Counted from the first letter of the whole stretch, positions 1 to 13,064 are shown. The stretch is DNA of 58,582 nucleotides, filler included, from Sphacelaria rigidula (GCA_964200075.2; 5 parts of 5 records of this genome joined end to end with filler, not necessarily neighbours in it); one strand, 5' to 3'. Numbers and translations: made by a program. Notes: generated by a model from the letters alone, not told the origin.

Positions 1-2152
1 CCAATGAGTTGCTTTGTTTTCTGGTATCGCCACTTCCAGAGACAGCCAAGGCTCGTTTACTGCCTCATGGGTGCGTCGTGAGATTGGACTGCAATACAAC
101 CAATATCTTGGTTTGAGACGTTCCGCTGTACTGTGAGCAGATCAAACTCGTGTAGGTGACTCTGTGTTTGTCGCCGTTTTCCTTTCTTCCTTCAACACTA
201 GAACCATGTGGCTTTCATCGGGCGGCTGCGCGAGAAGTAAAACCAGAGATTGTAGTGGTGATACACAAAACTTGGCAAGTGCTCTCGCCGACTGGAAAAA
301 CGTCCATCGGCTGGATTGTATCATCAACAGGCGCTGGACGCCACAGCGGCAGTAAGTCACACGCTTCGACCTCACCTCCATCTGTGATCTAATGGTACCT
401 CGCAGGCTGGTGGTAAACCCCGCCACAAGAGCAGGAGTGCTGACTGTCTCGTGGGGATATCAATCTCTGGAGGCTGAGATGATGCTACCACCAGCGTGAC
501 CCACCAGGTGAGCGCTGTAAATATGAACTCTCCTTTGGGGAATCATTTGGAGTTGGGCTGGTTGTGTATCCACACTGGGAAACAGGGATTGTCGCCGTAA
601 TGAACGCAGTTGGTCACTCCGCAATCCAACGCAGCTCGTGCTCTGCCAACACCAGGGTACCTGCTAGATGCAGTCATCGGTACAAACGCTATCCTCCGCC
701 CATTCTTCCAACGCCACACGGCTCCCTGAGAACAGCGTACGGCGTGAATACCGATGCCGATCTTTGCATCACTGTGCTTGTACTGTTCACTAGAAGTCCA
801 CGCTCACGTGGCACGTCTGTTTCTTCGAACACACACCAACGTTTATAGGTGCACGCTCGTACCCGTACCACCCGGAGCATATGTATTCGTAACGTTAGGA
901 TGAGTTTTTCGTTTTCAGCTTGCGTTTGCTCTCGAATGTTCCCCATTCCCGCCCATTCCCACCGACGCGTAATCACTCTCCCGGCGCCTACGACTGCCTG
1001 CATGCTCACGCATTAAGCGTGCATTATTTGCCGGGTGAAAACGAATTGCCCATAGGACGCTCGCCTGTAGAGCTGGCACTTGCACGGACACGATCTTCCT
1101 GAGCCACAGCCCAAGGCCCCTACCGCGTTTCCCTGCTTTGATGATTTCGAGCATTGATCGCCGAAGCTTAGTTTCCTGCGCCGAATACGATCATGTCCGG
1201 ACAAATTTGTCGTGTGCATACTTAATGACTGCGTCATGTGCGCATGACGGAATCACCTGCAATCCCCCCAAACCATATGTGTTCGATCATAACGTACGTC
1301 TCCTGGAACCCCCCCCCCCCGCCTAATCTGGGAACATGGTTGTGTTTGTAATGATTGTATTCATGTTCCTAAATCTTTGAAAATTTTCAGTTCGGAAGCG
1401 AAGGGCAACACAACAAAATCCTAACGTGAGTGCAATGAACACGTCCGCAACGATAGCAGGAGAAGGGCTCCCGAAGCGCGGGGTAAGGAATGGGTGTGTG
1501 ACCTATGTACCCCGATTTTGACAGAATGTTATCAATGTTTCACCACAAAAACCAGCAGCAGCCCGCCAACGCCCCCCCTCCTCATTCTCAAACCGAACCA
1601 TGACGAAGGGAAATTGTGTGTGTAGTCGTCGCGCGCACGTGTGTCGAGGTTCCAGTTATCATGATCACTTGCCATGTGGAAAACCGTGTACATTTGTCTT
1701 TGTTGGGTTGAGTGGCGAAGAGCTAATACTTCGGTGATTCCAGCCTGGGGGACCATCTTGAAACTTGGATCTTCTGTCAAACATCACCCCCCGACGTCAT
1801 GGGTGGGCTTGTTTTCAAAGCCTTAGTCAGAAGCTTTCAGAAAAAAAAACATTTGCGGTCAAGGGTTTGTGTGATGCCCCGCAATCCGAATCCCTTTTCC
1901 GATTTCGAATTTCGGATCGGTATGGCGTTATGCATTTTGTCGGATCCCGGAGTATTGCTCAAGTCATTGACCTCGAATTCTTGATTTTTCTGGTATGATA
2001 GTCGGTGATCACAGGTGCAAAACCAGCCCGCCCACGATATTGGGGGTGATGGATGAGCGGAGATATCAGTACTCACTGGGGTTACAGGTGATCCCAATAC
2101 ACCTAATATTCCAATGTACACATGGCAACTGCACAACCTTCCACTTTCACAG

Positions 2153-5100
2153 GCCTCGTCCATCGCCAGCAGTACGGCCAAGGCTGGGAAGCGTGCAGGC
2201 GGGGCTGGGGGTAGTGACGGCCTCGGATGGGGTAGTGTGGCCACCACTGGGCGAAGTGGTGGTGGAGGCCTCCGGTTACAGTCACGACAGGTGAACGACA
2301 CGCGTGCTGCCATAGTATCGTTATTACCCCCAGTCTTTCGGGGACTCGAATCGGTTCACAGGGGCTCAAAGTCGGATGAGAGGTCATGCCTCAACTACTG
2401 GAACGACGCGACCGATACACCCTGGCTTGCTGGTAGCAACTGGGTACTTGCTCAATCTGTATTTTCCGATGGACGTGCTCAGCCTTCGAAGAAACTCTGT
2501 TTGCTCTCGGCATCCTGGCTCCCCAAACTTTGAAGTAGTATCAACGGTTCTACCTTTTGTTTCCCGATATCTCCGACTTTGTGGGGAAAGGAGGACTTTC
2601 TCCGAAAAATGAGAGCAGATTGCTTAAGCAGGTCAGGCAAGAGATCAATTCAAGATTGACTACGGATGTGCTCGAGAGTCTTGCGTCTAGCGTCGAAACT
2701 TATTTTCATCAGCAATTTGTTTTTTGGGGGGAAATAAAAAATAAAATCCCATTTTTTCGGGAATGGTGAGTAAAGTCTGAAAACATCGCCCCGTTAACAG
2801 ACCCCTTAGCCCCGAGGCTTATATTCCGCCTCTGCCTCCACCTTGTGTGCGCCCGGCACTCGCGGACCACTAACAGCTGTTGCGCATTTGTTGACGGCAC
2901 AAAAAGCCCCTGCAGTGAGACGTCCGCCCACACTGCCGACGAAACCCGTCGGGTGGAATGTGACACACCATACAGTAGGACGTTTCAAGTATCGAGTAAG
3001 CAAACCGTCGTCCGCTATTTGGACTCGACCTACTGCTGTGTGTGCCGAGACAGTGCAGTGTCCAGGGTATCCGCACACGCCTCGAAAGGCTCTTGCTACA
3101 TGAAACGATACAATCAGTTCAACAACGTGCAAAGTGTACAGCGGTACATCTTGACCGACCGATGCCCTGCCCCTCCCGCCGCTGTACATTCGAGGTCTCC
3201 AAGGGAGGTGTAGGCGATGCCAGCATAGACAGGGCACCGTGCGGTGGTCCGAGAGGAGCAGGCAGAGGATCGTGCCGCGGTTCTGCAAGAGGGTCGGGGA
3301 GGGGGGGACAGGACTCAGGCAACGACGCCACGTGTGGAGCAGAACTGGGTCGCAATGGGCCCAGGATCAAGGTACGGGACATTGCTGCCTTTCAACGTAT
3401 GGCGTGGTGCTGATCTGCAACTCGCGAGATGCTGTTGATGGGCCGCATCTTGCTGTGGAGGCGTTCGCTTTTATTGTTCGTTTCGTGTTTGGTACAATCT
3501 ATGTTATTATCTTGCTTTTGTTTCGTGCGTGACTTGTTCCAATTAGTTTGTCTTGATGTAGTCGGCTGTGTTTCCCTCTCTGCCTACTTGATATCTGGTT
3601 TTGTTCGAAAGTCGCGACAGTACGCCAAGCCATCTTTTTGCCTCGAGACGGGGGATCGTTTCCGTCGTGGCGTCGGTAACCAGGTCACCTGTAGAGCAGA
3701 AATGGTGGGCCTGAAAACATGTGCAAAAGCGGAAAATCCGTGCCTAATGCGCCAAGTACAGCAGTTGTCGAAAATATCAGGCGTGCAAGAACTCATACTT
3801 CCTCTGTCTCATAAGTAAAGGTCGTTATGACTACACAGACCCTTTACCATCACCGATGCAAAAAGCGATAATATTTCCGGACTCTTTGGTGTTTTTTCAA
3901 TTTAAATCCGCGTCTTTTTTCTTTTCTGGGCGCACCGTTATGCGTGCATGAACGGCCGAAAAAGATCAGTCGGCCCCCAAAAGGCCGTATTTTGCCCATT
4001 TCTGGAAAACAGCGAAGAACATTGAAAACCCGAAAAAAAAACAAAAATCGCGGTAAAACGTCGAAATGACCCCATGCCTCCGATTCATCAGCTTTGTACG
4101 ATACCTACGCCTCGTCCAAAACCACTTGGTTACATAGCTGCCTCCATTTGGTTAGAAAACAGGCTAAAAAGTCGAATTTTCGCCGCAAATGGTAGAATGT
4201 GGTCGAAATTGGTCGAATCTGGCTATGTTTCGACCCACGAGTTATCAGCAAGTACCACTCGATTTTTTTTTTTGTGAGAATCACCGTATCTAAAGCTTGC
4301 TTGTCAACAAGCCAAATCGCAGCATCGTGGGTAGCTCCAATGTCGAGATATGATCTGCCCCCTAGAAGGACCTTTACTTACGGCACAGAGGAAGTAGACG
4401 GAGAGCCAGGTAGGCTACAGGGTTACCAGGCCTGTGGAATTACACGCTCGTCCCAGTACGGATGCCTCTAGCGTTCATGTATAGCTTGAAAAACCAAGCG
4501 TTCCGGCAGGGTGTTGCCCCGGGGTGACAAAGATGCTTGCTTTGGAGCAGTGAAAGCAGAGGTGTCCACGGCACCTACGCTGATAGATGGCAGGGAGTGT
4601 GACAATAGCCCTCTGGTGGTGTTTTTGAGTTGTTTTACAGGCCACTGTGTCTGGCCATCGAAGACCTTTGCCTACACTGCGAAGTCTCATCGCTTTATAA
4701 GCTACTTGCTCATGTTGGCGGATCTCGACCGCCGACTCTTTGCACTGACCCGCGACGACAACCGTACGCCATACATTTTGCAGACGCTTCTTCAGGACGT
4801 GGAGAGGCTGTTCAGTGGCAGTTACCCGGGGTGTGGAGAGGGTGACGCCATGGTTCGGGCAACTCCTCGTCCGTCTGAGAGGTGATAACAACTGTTTCTT
4901 TTCATCTTCGACCATATCCTGCGTCCTAGACGCGGCAATGAGCCTGGACAGAATGACGGCGTTGGTGGGGAAGGCGCAGGTCGTCGGGCAGACCGACGTC
5001 TATCCTGCGCTGGGAAACACGCCGAGATACCAGGTAACCCTCCGTAAAATAGAGCTGCTGTGGCCTTTAGAGCTGCGAGTATGACCGACGTGGCAGATGG

Positions 5101-7116
5101 GTTACCCGTAGTTTCAGCAATCGTCGTGTGAACCGCAAGTATTGCCCACGGCACGTGTCTGCGGTCAGATAGGAAGGTTGGATACTCGACGTCCATCTTT
5201 CAAAGTATGTGTGACACATGCATTGGTTTCAGCCGAAAAAGTGACGATTGCTATTCGCACAGTGCCTAACTATAGAATGACGTTGTAACCTGTGATTTTG
5301 CGCTACAGGGGTACAAACGGACCTACAGCGAATGTACACGGTCCTGTACCACGGTGGCCTCTAATCAGTAACGCGCGCCCATGTGTCGGTTATTATTGAG
5401 ATTTATTCAACAATTTTAGGCGCAAAAATAACCAGTGGTGAAATCGGTATCCACTATTTAGGAAGCAAACGAAGAGAAGTTTAGCCATCAAAGAGTCAAG
5501 TGTTTTGGTCGCTAACAGAGACAAATTGTCCGTTTTTCGTCCAGTCATTGAGAGCAAGGTAACAACAATATGCCGGAGGTTGACCGTGCGGAAAAGCATA
5601 ACAACCCAAGTAAAAGACGTGAGAAAAAGAGTAAACCTTGAGAGTCTCATGACGGGATCGGAGCTATCCACCAAGCGACGGTTCGAAATAATGGCACGGA
5701 CAAGAGGAGCTGAGAGCAAAAAAACAGAAGGAGCAATATGAACGTAATTTTCCACGTATCAATTAGCACTGCTGTACTGTAGCGCTTGGTGGTTTCTGTA
5801 ATAAAGCGCCCAGAAGAGTTGAAGATGAATTGCAGACACACATGTCGCACCTGCAGTACAACCCGAACGATTGTTGTGCACGCAGGACCCTTGGTGAAAA
5901 CATGAAAGGCTTCAAAAATGTAGTTCATAATGTGAAGCCGTGTCCAACAGTTTCGCACTCCGCCGTGTGCACTGCACATCGCGCCTGCACCGATAGCATC
6001 ACGCTTATGGCTTCTCAGGTCGTCGATTGGTGAGAGACTGGCGTGAGGTAGTAGGTACCAAACACAGACCACAGCAATTGCAAACGTATCATTACTGGTA
6101 TCTTGAGTGGCTTATTAAAAACTTGGTGATTGCAATGTTCCCACGCCCTTTCCTCCCCTAACTTTGTGTAACGCCTCGGCGTAATCGCCCCTACCTCCAC
6201 TTCTTGCCGCTTTTGCTTCGCATTCTCGACCGCTCATGTACACCGAACACGTGGCCGGTTCAAAAAAGGCGGCTGTCGACAGCTTTCTGGGGTACCTCGC
6301 CGGAGTGAAGAGGAAATTGCACAGCCACAGCGCCAGCACAAAAAGCAGCGAGAGTGACACCATATTCGGCGCATCATTGGGCGCAAAACTCGTGGGAGAC
6401 CTGACGGCCAAGGGGGGCAGCCATGTGCCGTTGTACCGGGGGATAGTCCTCAGGCCAGGATCCTAGATTTGGTGCATGCCCCCCAAGGCATCCCGGTAGA
6501 CTACGTGGTGAGCGCTACGGCCGGGGCTGTATCTGCCTGTCGAACTGCGGTAGTTTCAGGCGCTCTCCCTGAATGGTGTGCACTGTGGTTCTCTACTCCA
6601 TGCACGTGCAGATCGTGTATCTGCACCTCTTGTATGGAGTACGAGTATGACACGTGCGTCACAAATTCCTACTACAGTAGTGTGTGTTTTCCGGCATCGC
6701 TCTTCTCATTGCCGTGACGACGAGATCCGCTAAATAGCAGCAGACCAAGCTCCTTCGTTCGTCACCTTTGGTGTCTTCTGCTTTCCACTACTGTTTTCCG
6801 TTACTTCTTCCTGATTCCATGCATTCCAGTTTTACGCCTTTCATTCTGGTACGTTTCACCACCATATGCATGCACACGCGAGAGAATTCATCATAATACA
6901 CCAACACGACACTCTCCGCAGTAGAGGCTAAGGAGATACGCTCATGACAAAACCCAAGCAATCTGCACATTGTTGGAGTCTTTACCAAATCGCCCACCCT
7001 CTTTCCTATTCCCACCTTGTTGTGTACGGTAGAGTGCGCCGGCGTAGGTGAACACCAACGTGGACTTCGCCGAATCCAACGCCGACAGGATGGCGTTCCA
7101 GCTCCCGGCTATGAAG
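2153..7116 (+). CDS. Candidate multi-exon gene of unknown function (partial, with a probable frameshift). Exons ~2153-2290, ~4930-5032, 6269-6507, ~7048-7116
   Basis: Each segment has AG/GT boundaries and coding-like codons: ASSIASSTAKAGK...LQSRQ; xAAMSLDRMTALVGKAQVVGQTDVYPALGNTPRYQ; AAVDSFLGYLAGVKRKL...ARILDLVHAPQGIPVDYV; VNTNVDFAESNADRMAFQLPAMK. Exon 6269-6507 is 239 nt and needs +1 nt to stay in frame. The first exon's phase implies a missing exon before 4930. No family recognised. Confidence 0.45.
3798..4394. mobile_element. Stowaway-like (Tc1/mariner) MITE, ~600 bp
   Basis: TIRs TA|CTTCCTCTGTCTCATAAGTAAAGGTC ... GACCTTTACTTACGGCACAGAGGAAG|TA with TA duplication. Segment 3945-4000 matches 31160-31250 in reverse. 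Confidence 0.85.
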
Positions 7117-8029
7117 GTACTTTGGATGCCGTAGACCGAGCCAGTGGCGTTCACTTGTTCATGTTGGGACTACGAGCAGCACAGTTCGGATCCTGCAATT
7201 CGAAGCTTCCGTTGGAACGCCTCCGTCCACCACACCACGTACGATTATGGTTGGATACCGGCGACCATCACGAGTCACGGACATGTGAGCCACACCCACC
7301 CTGTGAAACACCGGGTCTAGGGGACAAGAAGGCCTCATGGCTATTACGTCAAGAGTCAAGGCATGCATTTTCTCTTGGTTAGGGTAATTCCCTTGACGTT
7401 GTACTGTAATGTGTGGAGAACTGAACTCCCCAGTAGTGGGCACGAGGAAGCAGACGAGCGAGCCCAACACCCGGTATTACCAGATGGTACTTGAAACTTC
7501 ATCACAGCCGCGGGGAGCAGGCAAGCAATAAGTCTGACACTCTGTCGTCCTGGCGAGCTTACCGGGTCCCTCGACTCATCACGACATCACACACGGTATG
7601 AAGACAGGATAGGGCACCCTGCATTTGTGAAAAGACCAGTTATGTGCAGGCTAACTAGACCAGGAAGCATGGCATTTATTGTAACACGTGGATCAGCTTT
7701 GATGTCAGCCTGTCAGCCCCTGGCAGACCGGGAGGACAGCCGGTGCTTACGGGTTGTCTGGAGGGTATTCTGATTCCTCTATGATGATCAATTCCGGCGG
7801 AAAATATTCCGTATTCTTAAATTGGGTCGAATCACCAATGCCTCCACGTCGTGAAGATTGCACTTTCCGCATCAAGCCTATCTGCACGCTCCCTGTGTTT
7901 CCGTTCGAATTATGTGCGGAATTCACAACACATCTTGGCTCGTAGCGTTGCCATTAATCGGCAGCACCTCGGTGTACCGTCCGTGCCACCAAAACAAACA
8001 CGAAACCTTCAGAAACGATCGCCTACGTT

Positions 8030-8187
8030 CTCGTGAGATTGAACGCCTACGGTTGAGTGGGTGAGCTTTAATATTCGCTCTGACTTGACCATTTTTTTAT
8101 CATGTGTGTGCTTTTCTCTGCATGTAATACCGTCGTGTGGTTACAGCTACACGTCGATATCTTACTCCGGGATATCGAAGGCTTGAG
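8030..8187 (+). mobile_element. Truncated copy of the TTTCGTGAGATTGA-TIR MITE family, cut by the copia LTR
   Basis: Aligns by eye with 53510-53670 and the reverse of 47210-47390. Similarity stops where the LTR begins (8188). Confidence 0.65.
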
Positions 8188-8548
8188 TGTTGGGAAATGT
8201 GTCGCTTAGACCCCTTTGGCGTGATCGCTAGAGATGGCGCAATAGCAATTATGCCAAGCATGCAGACAAGCTGCTTTGGAGTGTAGACAAAATATAATGT
8301 TCAAGGTGCCGCGTGCGGGCAAGACAATCCAAACAACCCACCGTGTTGAACGGTCAACCGAGAAAAGTAAGAGCAACCCGACTACTGCTACGCTCCATGT
8401 CAAACCAAACTATCGTGAGCAGTACCGGCGATCCACGCAGTGCATCCATACAAATACACTACCATACGAAGCGTTGACGAGAGTAAGCCCCGTAGCCTCA
8501 TTTTCTAATACTCCCTCTCAACGCGAGTACAAGTATTACTCCCTAACA
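8188..8548 (-). repeat. Putative 3' LTR (~361 bp) with polypurine tract at 8549-8557
   Basis: Minus-strand GAGGGGGAG is followed directly by TGTTAGGG. The other end reads TGTTGGG on +, giving inverted TG...CA termini. Confidence 0.65.
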
Positions 8549-9085
8549 CTCCCCCTCAATGAAAATACATACTAGTTCCAACCACCCAGCTCAGTACAAC
8601 CGTCCGGGCACTCAAGGACGAAAAAAGAACGGGTTCCACAGCCAGACGTGACTCAGATTTTGAATGTGTTGATCAGCTTGACAAGATGGTGGTACCTGTG
8701 TCTGCTGAGGTACTTTGTTCTTATGTCGGCGAGTTGGTCTTCGGTCTTGACGTAACGAATGTCGATCCTTCCCTCCTTGACTAATTCCTGGATGAAGAAG
8801 TACTGTAGAGCTAGGTGCTTGACTCTCGAGCTGCAGGTTCGGTTGCCTGCGACGTGGAGAGTTGAAGTGTTGTCGATGTAGACGGGGACGGAGTCGAAGC
8901 GTGTGCCAAATCCCATCTCCCACATCATGTCGAGCAAAATATGCCTTCCTTCATAGTGAGTGCGGCGACCACGAGTGCTGCTCTCGTGGTCGATTGCGCC
9001 GTCAATCCTTGTAGTCCTATCTTGAAACTGATGAGGCCATTCGAGCGAAAGAGAAGATATGATATGCTGATTTCTCGTTGTCCAG

Positions 9086-9170
9086 GTTGTTGTTGTTGTT
9101 GTTGCTGTTGTTGTTGTTGTTGTTGTTGTTGTAGTTGCCTGTAGTTGCCTGCAGTTGCCTGTAGTTGCAG
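9086..9170 (-). repeat. (CAA)n microsatellite plus 10-bp GGCAACTACA tandem repeats inside the copia
   Basis: Directly visible: gttgttgtt... followed by gtagttgcct-type units. Confidence 0.95.
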
Positions 9171-10029
9171 GCTGCCATACGTGCACATATCACCATGAAG
9201 CGAGTGTCGATGATAAGGGAGTAGCGATGATTCTGCTAGCCGTGTCATCATGTGTTCACCAAAGCCGTCCCGTGGGTGTGTCACGAGTTGCTCCGGCAGT
9301 GTACCACCTTGCGGAAGGCCATCGTGCGGAAGCGCCCCTCCACGGGTTGGGGCACCGTCGTGCATATCTCGCCTGGTGATGGCGTTGATTCTCCCCAGAA
9401 GCTCGCCCCCTTCTGAATTTCTAGAGCCCCCGCTGACAGTGGCATGGTCGGCAAAGACATGAGCCGGATGGGTCAATACAGGGGTGTGACTGCAAAGGTC
9501 GCTTGTGAAAGCGTCGTTGAAGGCGTAGTCGTGACACTTACTGCCGCCAGGCTCCTCGTCGTTGGGTAGTGAAGGGTGTATCAAATGCTGTAGCTCCCCC
9601 GTCAGTGGAAGACAACGCGTCTCAAGGAAGATGGCGTTCCTGTTCTCCATGGTTAGCCGGGTGGACGGAATGTAGACGCGGTAGCACTTGTTCTTATTGC
9701 CATACCTAACCAATCGTACTCCGACTGCCTCGGGAGATGGTTTCTGAGTGCACCCATTGGTGTGGACGAACTCCTTGGCCCCAATGACTCCAGGATGTCT
9801 TCGATCTGGTTTTATGCCCTGCAGCGTCTTGTGCGGACATTGTATTCTTAGCGCGGAGTGCGGTGCCTTCGAAGGGAAGGACGGGGCCGAGGAGGCCGGG
9901 GGTCTGGAGTTCCGGCGCAGGGCTCACAACATATTGCGGGGAATCAAGGAGGCACTTTCCCCAATAGTCCGCGTGTTATTCATAACAGCCGTGGTTCATG
10001 ACGTCTGGTTGATCTTTGGGAACTCATTA

Positions 10030-10490
10030 TACCACCGAGCCACGTCGAACCCCGACGACAACGCTGAAACATTTGGCGGTATCACCGACGCTGATGATGG
10101 GTCGGCTCTCGCGGCGGGACCCGCTTTCGACAAGTGGAAGGAGGCAAGCAACAGCTCCGTCAGTGTCATGGTAGACAGTGGCGCGTCGGGACATTACTTC
10201 GACGATACCCTCATCCCAGGGCTGCAACACAACCTCTACAACTACCAGGAACTGGCGATCTCGCGTAAAATCACCGCAGGGGGGCACCAACTGGCGGGGG
10301 TAGGTGAGGGACTGCTCCGCGGACACATCAAAGACGACGAAGGGATCAACCGCCTAGTCCAGATTTCGTCTTTGGTTGTGCCTGACTTCGGACGGAATCT
10401 GTTTTTCCATCAAGCAAGCGACACGAAATGGAGCGGTATCTATGTTCGAGATGAAAAACCCAAGACTGGGAACAAACACGGTGAAGTTGC
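10030..10490 (+). pseudogene. Copia aspartic protease region, inverted relative to the rest of the element
   Basis: SVSVMVDSGASGHYFDDTLIPGL...LVVPDFGRNLF/SIKQATRNGAVSMFEMKNPRL reads on +, flanked on both sides by minus-strand gag and integrase. Confidence 0.88.
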
Positions 10491-11639
10491 TTGGTGCTGA
10501 CCATGTATCGGAGATCCGCCAAATTAAAATCACGCCTCTCGCAACTAGTAATACAAATCCTTCCGTACTTGGCAAGCAGGGCTCGGAGAATAATGTCCTC
10601 GAACCGCTCGTCGGGTATACAATGCCCCATTTCCTCTTGGCAGTCACGGTGGCCGTCCATGGCAAACAGGAAGTCTTCCGGATCATCCCTGGACTACATC
10701 GTTGTAGTGTGAAGTTTGTCATGAATCTCCCTTTGTGCCTCTTTGCTGTTGCCGTCATTTTTGTTGTGCAGCGCTGCCCACGCTGCTCGTCCGTCCCCGA
10801 CCTCATCCTGTTGGGATTTCCACATATGACTTCTGACGCTATTTGCTGATTTTTCCGTGCTAGAAAATAAATACTGAACAGATCATTGTTGGCACGATCC
10901 CACACCACTGAAGTTGTCGTATCACAGGGTGGTTGGTCATCATTAATTACGGTGGGTCCGGGTCTTTGCCGCCGCTGTAGGATTTTCGCGACCGCTTTGT
11001 GGTTGAGGGACAGGATCCCCCGGAGTTTGTCTTCATACTCCCGGAAGCTCGCCTTGTCTCTGCCATCGAATTTTGGGCAGAGTTTTAGTACCCCTCGAAT
11101 ACCCTCATTGTCCGCCACGTGAATCCTGTTCGTCGCCCTGCTCCGACTTCACGAGTGAAAAAAAGGGTTGTTCAAGGGTGTCCAAGTGTAGTTCCCTCAC
11201 CACACCATCAATCGGCTTTGCTCACCGCCGCTTGACTTGTCAGAAGCTCGAAAAGATAATATATATTGCTGGACAGCTCTAGACAGAACATCGATGTACA
11301 GGGTGTTGCAGATGTCGTTATGGCTGTGCACTTGTCTAGTAAACGTGTACATTTCCCCCCCAAAAGGATCCGACTACTGAGTTTTTCCCCAGGTCAACCG
11401 TGGTGTTGAGCGCGCTGTTGTCTATTCACCTTTCAAAAATAGATCACACGCCCTACTCGCTTCAGGTCGTGGTATCCTGCGGTAGCGCCAAACGAGAACA
11501 GATGCGTATCGTCGCATTTTCAGGGTTACTGCCGCTGTTTTCGAAATTCCGTATGTTGCCAGGGACACTTTTTACGATAGCCCCCCCCCTCACCCGCGCG
11601 CCCAGCCAACATACACCCAACACACACATAAGACCCAAA

Positions 11640-11739
11640 NNNNNNNNNNNNNNNNNNNNNNNNNNNNNNNNNNNNNNNNNNNNTTAATTAATTAANNNNN
11701 NNNNNNNNNNNNNNNNNNNNNNNNNNNNNNNNNNNNNNN
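11640..11739. other. Artificial contig linker N44-TTAATTAATTAA-N44 (also 23378-23477, 35114-35213, 46849-46948)
   Basis: Four identical 100-nt spacers with stops in all six frames. Flanking segments are 11639, 11638, 11636, 11635 and 11634 nt long. Confidence 0.98.
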
Positions 11740-11774
11740 AGACTGTCGTCTGCTGCCGTTGCAAAAATATCACA

Positions 11775-12709
11775 CCCTGGACAGTACACTATGTAATATA
11801 TATTGCCCGCTCAATATATCGACGCGTTGGGTAGTCAATATATATTGGGCGAGCAATATGATGACACGAGAGAGGGTCAATATATATTGTGCCATCAATA
11901 TATCAAGGCTTGCGACATGCAATATAAATCGACCGAACAATATATCACGACACGCGCCACCTCAATATATATTGGCCGAGTAATATGTCGGTGCGAGAGG
12001 GCACCAGTATATATTTATCGAGTAATATATTTGTTGCCACCCGAGGTCAATACATATTGACGATTCAATATACTCGACACCCGAAGCGCCAATATTTATT
12101 GCCGCCCCAATATGTCGTGCGTCAATGCGTCCAATATATGTTGGGCAGACAATACACGAGGGAACCGACGGTCACAATACATGTTGATGTAGCAAAATAT
12201 ATTGATTTTCAACATATAGATTGGAAAGTGTATTGGAATTAGTATGGTGGGCAGTTCTTTGTTCGCGGGCGCCATTCAAAGGCGTATTTTACATGCCGAA
12301 AATGCTCAATATACTCCTCCGCAAGCGTGTTCAATATATATTGGCTGCACAGTAGCTATCCGATCAGCGTGCGCAATATAATGGAAAAATAGTACTTCTG
12401 CATGGTTTGCGTTCAATATACATTATGGTAACAATATGCTACGCATCGCCTCGACTCAATATATATTGACACTTCAATACATACACCGCCGGCATGCACA
12501 ATATATATCGAATATTTTATCTTCGGAGCAACTGCATGTCCAATATATATTGACATACATTACTTCATGATCATGACACGAGCGATATATGTTGTTGCTT
12601 CAATATCTCCGAGAACATCTCAACACAACGTATATTGAAAAAACAATATTTGTGCTGGCTCCAATACAAAGTATTGGTATCATATTGGAACATATTATAT
12701 TGTCCAGGG
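11775..12709. mobile_element. TIR element with an internal array of CAATATATATTG palindromes
   Basis: Termini CCCTGGACAGTACACTATGT ... ACATATTATATTGTCCAGGG|TA, with the CAATAT/ATATTG motif recurring every ~30-45 bp. Confidence 0.75.
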
Positions 12710-13064
12710 TATAAGCAACACAGCCCTGGTGACCACAGGGGTACCAAAAGGCGCATATCGACCCGCGTTTTCTGTCGTCGTGATGTTTAGCAAGATATGA
12801 ACATTACATGCTGGAAAGGGGATGGGCGGCCCCGCACCGGTGGCCAAATAGGTATCAGGAGGCATATATACCGGGTTGCCTCTTCTGTCACCATATTTTC
12901 TAACCAGTATTCATATATATATATATATATATATCAAACGCATTCGACAACTTTCCGGAGTAATGCACGCGAAGTTCTGCGGCTCCCTCTAAAACTTTTC
13001 CCAACCTGCACGGGTTCCGGCATCCATCGCGTCTGGATCTCCATAGAGCCTACACGATACTTAT

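Larger units (their letters stand above)
8188..11118 (-). mobile_element. Degenerate Ty1/copia LTR retrotransposon: gag, inverted protease, integrase C-terminus, RT deleted, RNase H, PPT, 3' LTR
   Basis: gag-like ...KFDGRDKASFREYEDKL...HCIPDERFEDIILRAL (10495-11118 -). Protease VMVDSGASGHYF on +. Integrase tail PHSAL...IGAKEFVH...RLVRYGNKNKCYRVYIPSTRLTMENRNAIFLET (~9620-9865). RNase H SYLLFRSNGLISFKIGLQGLTAQST...VYIDNTSTLH...VKTEDQLADIRTK (8653-9085). Many frameshifts. 5' LTR and PBS not found. Confidence 0.93.

Noticed and set aside
3210..3560. Possible LINE 3' end
   Set aside because: Resemblance too weak to support without a search.
6115..7154. Minus-strand membrane-protein ORFs (6115-6411, 6942-7154)
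   Set aside because: Splice signals and phase continuity fit the + strand better; likely antisense shadows.
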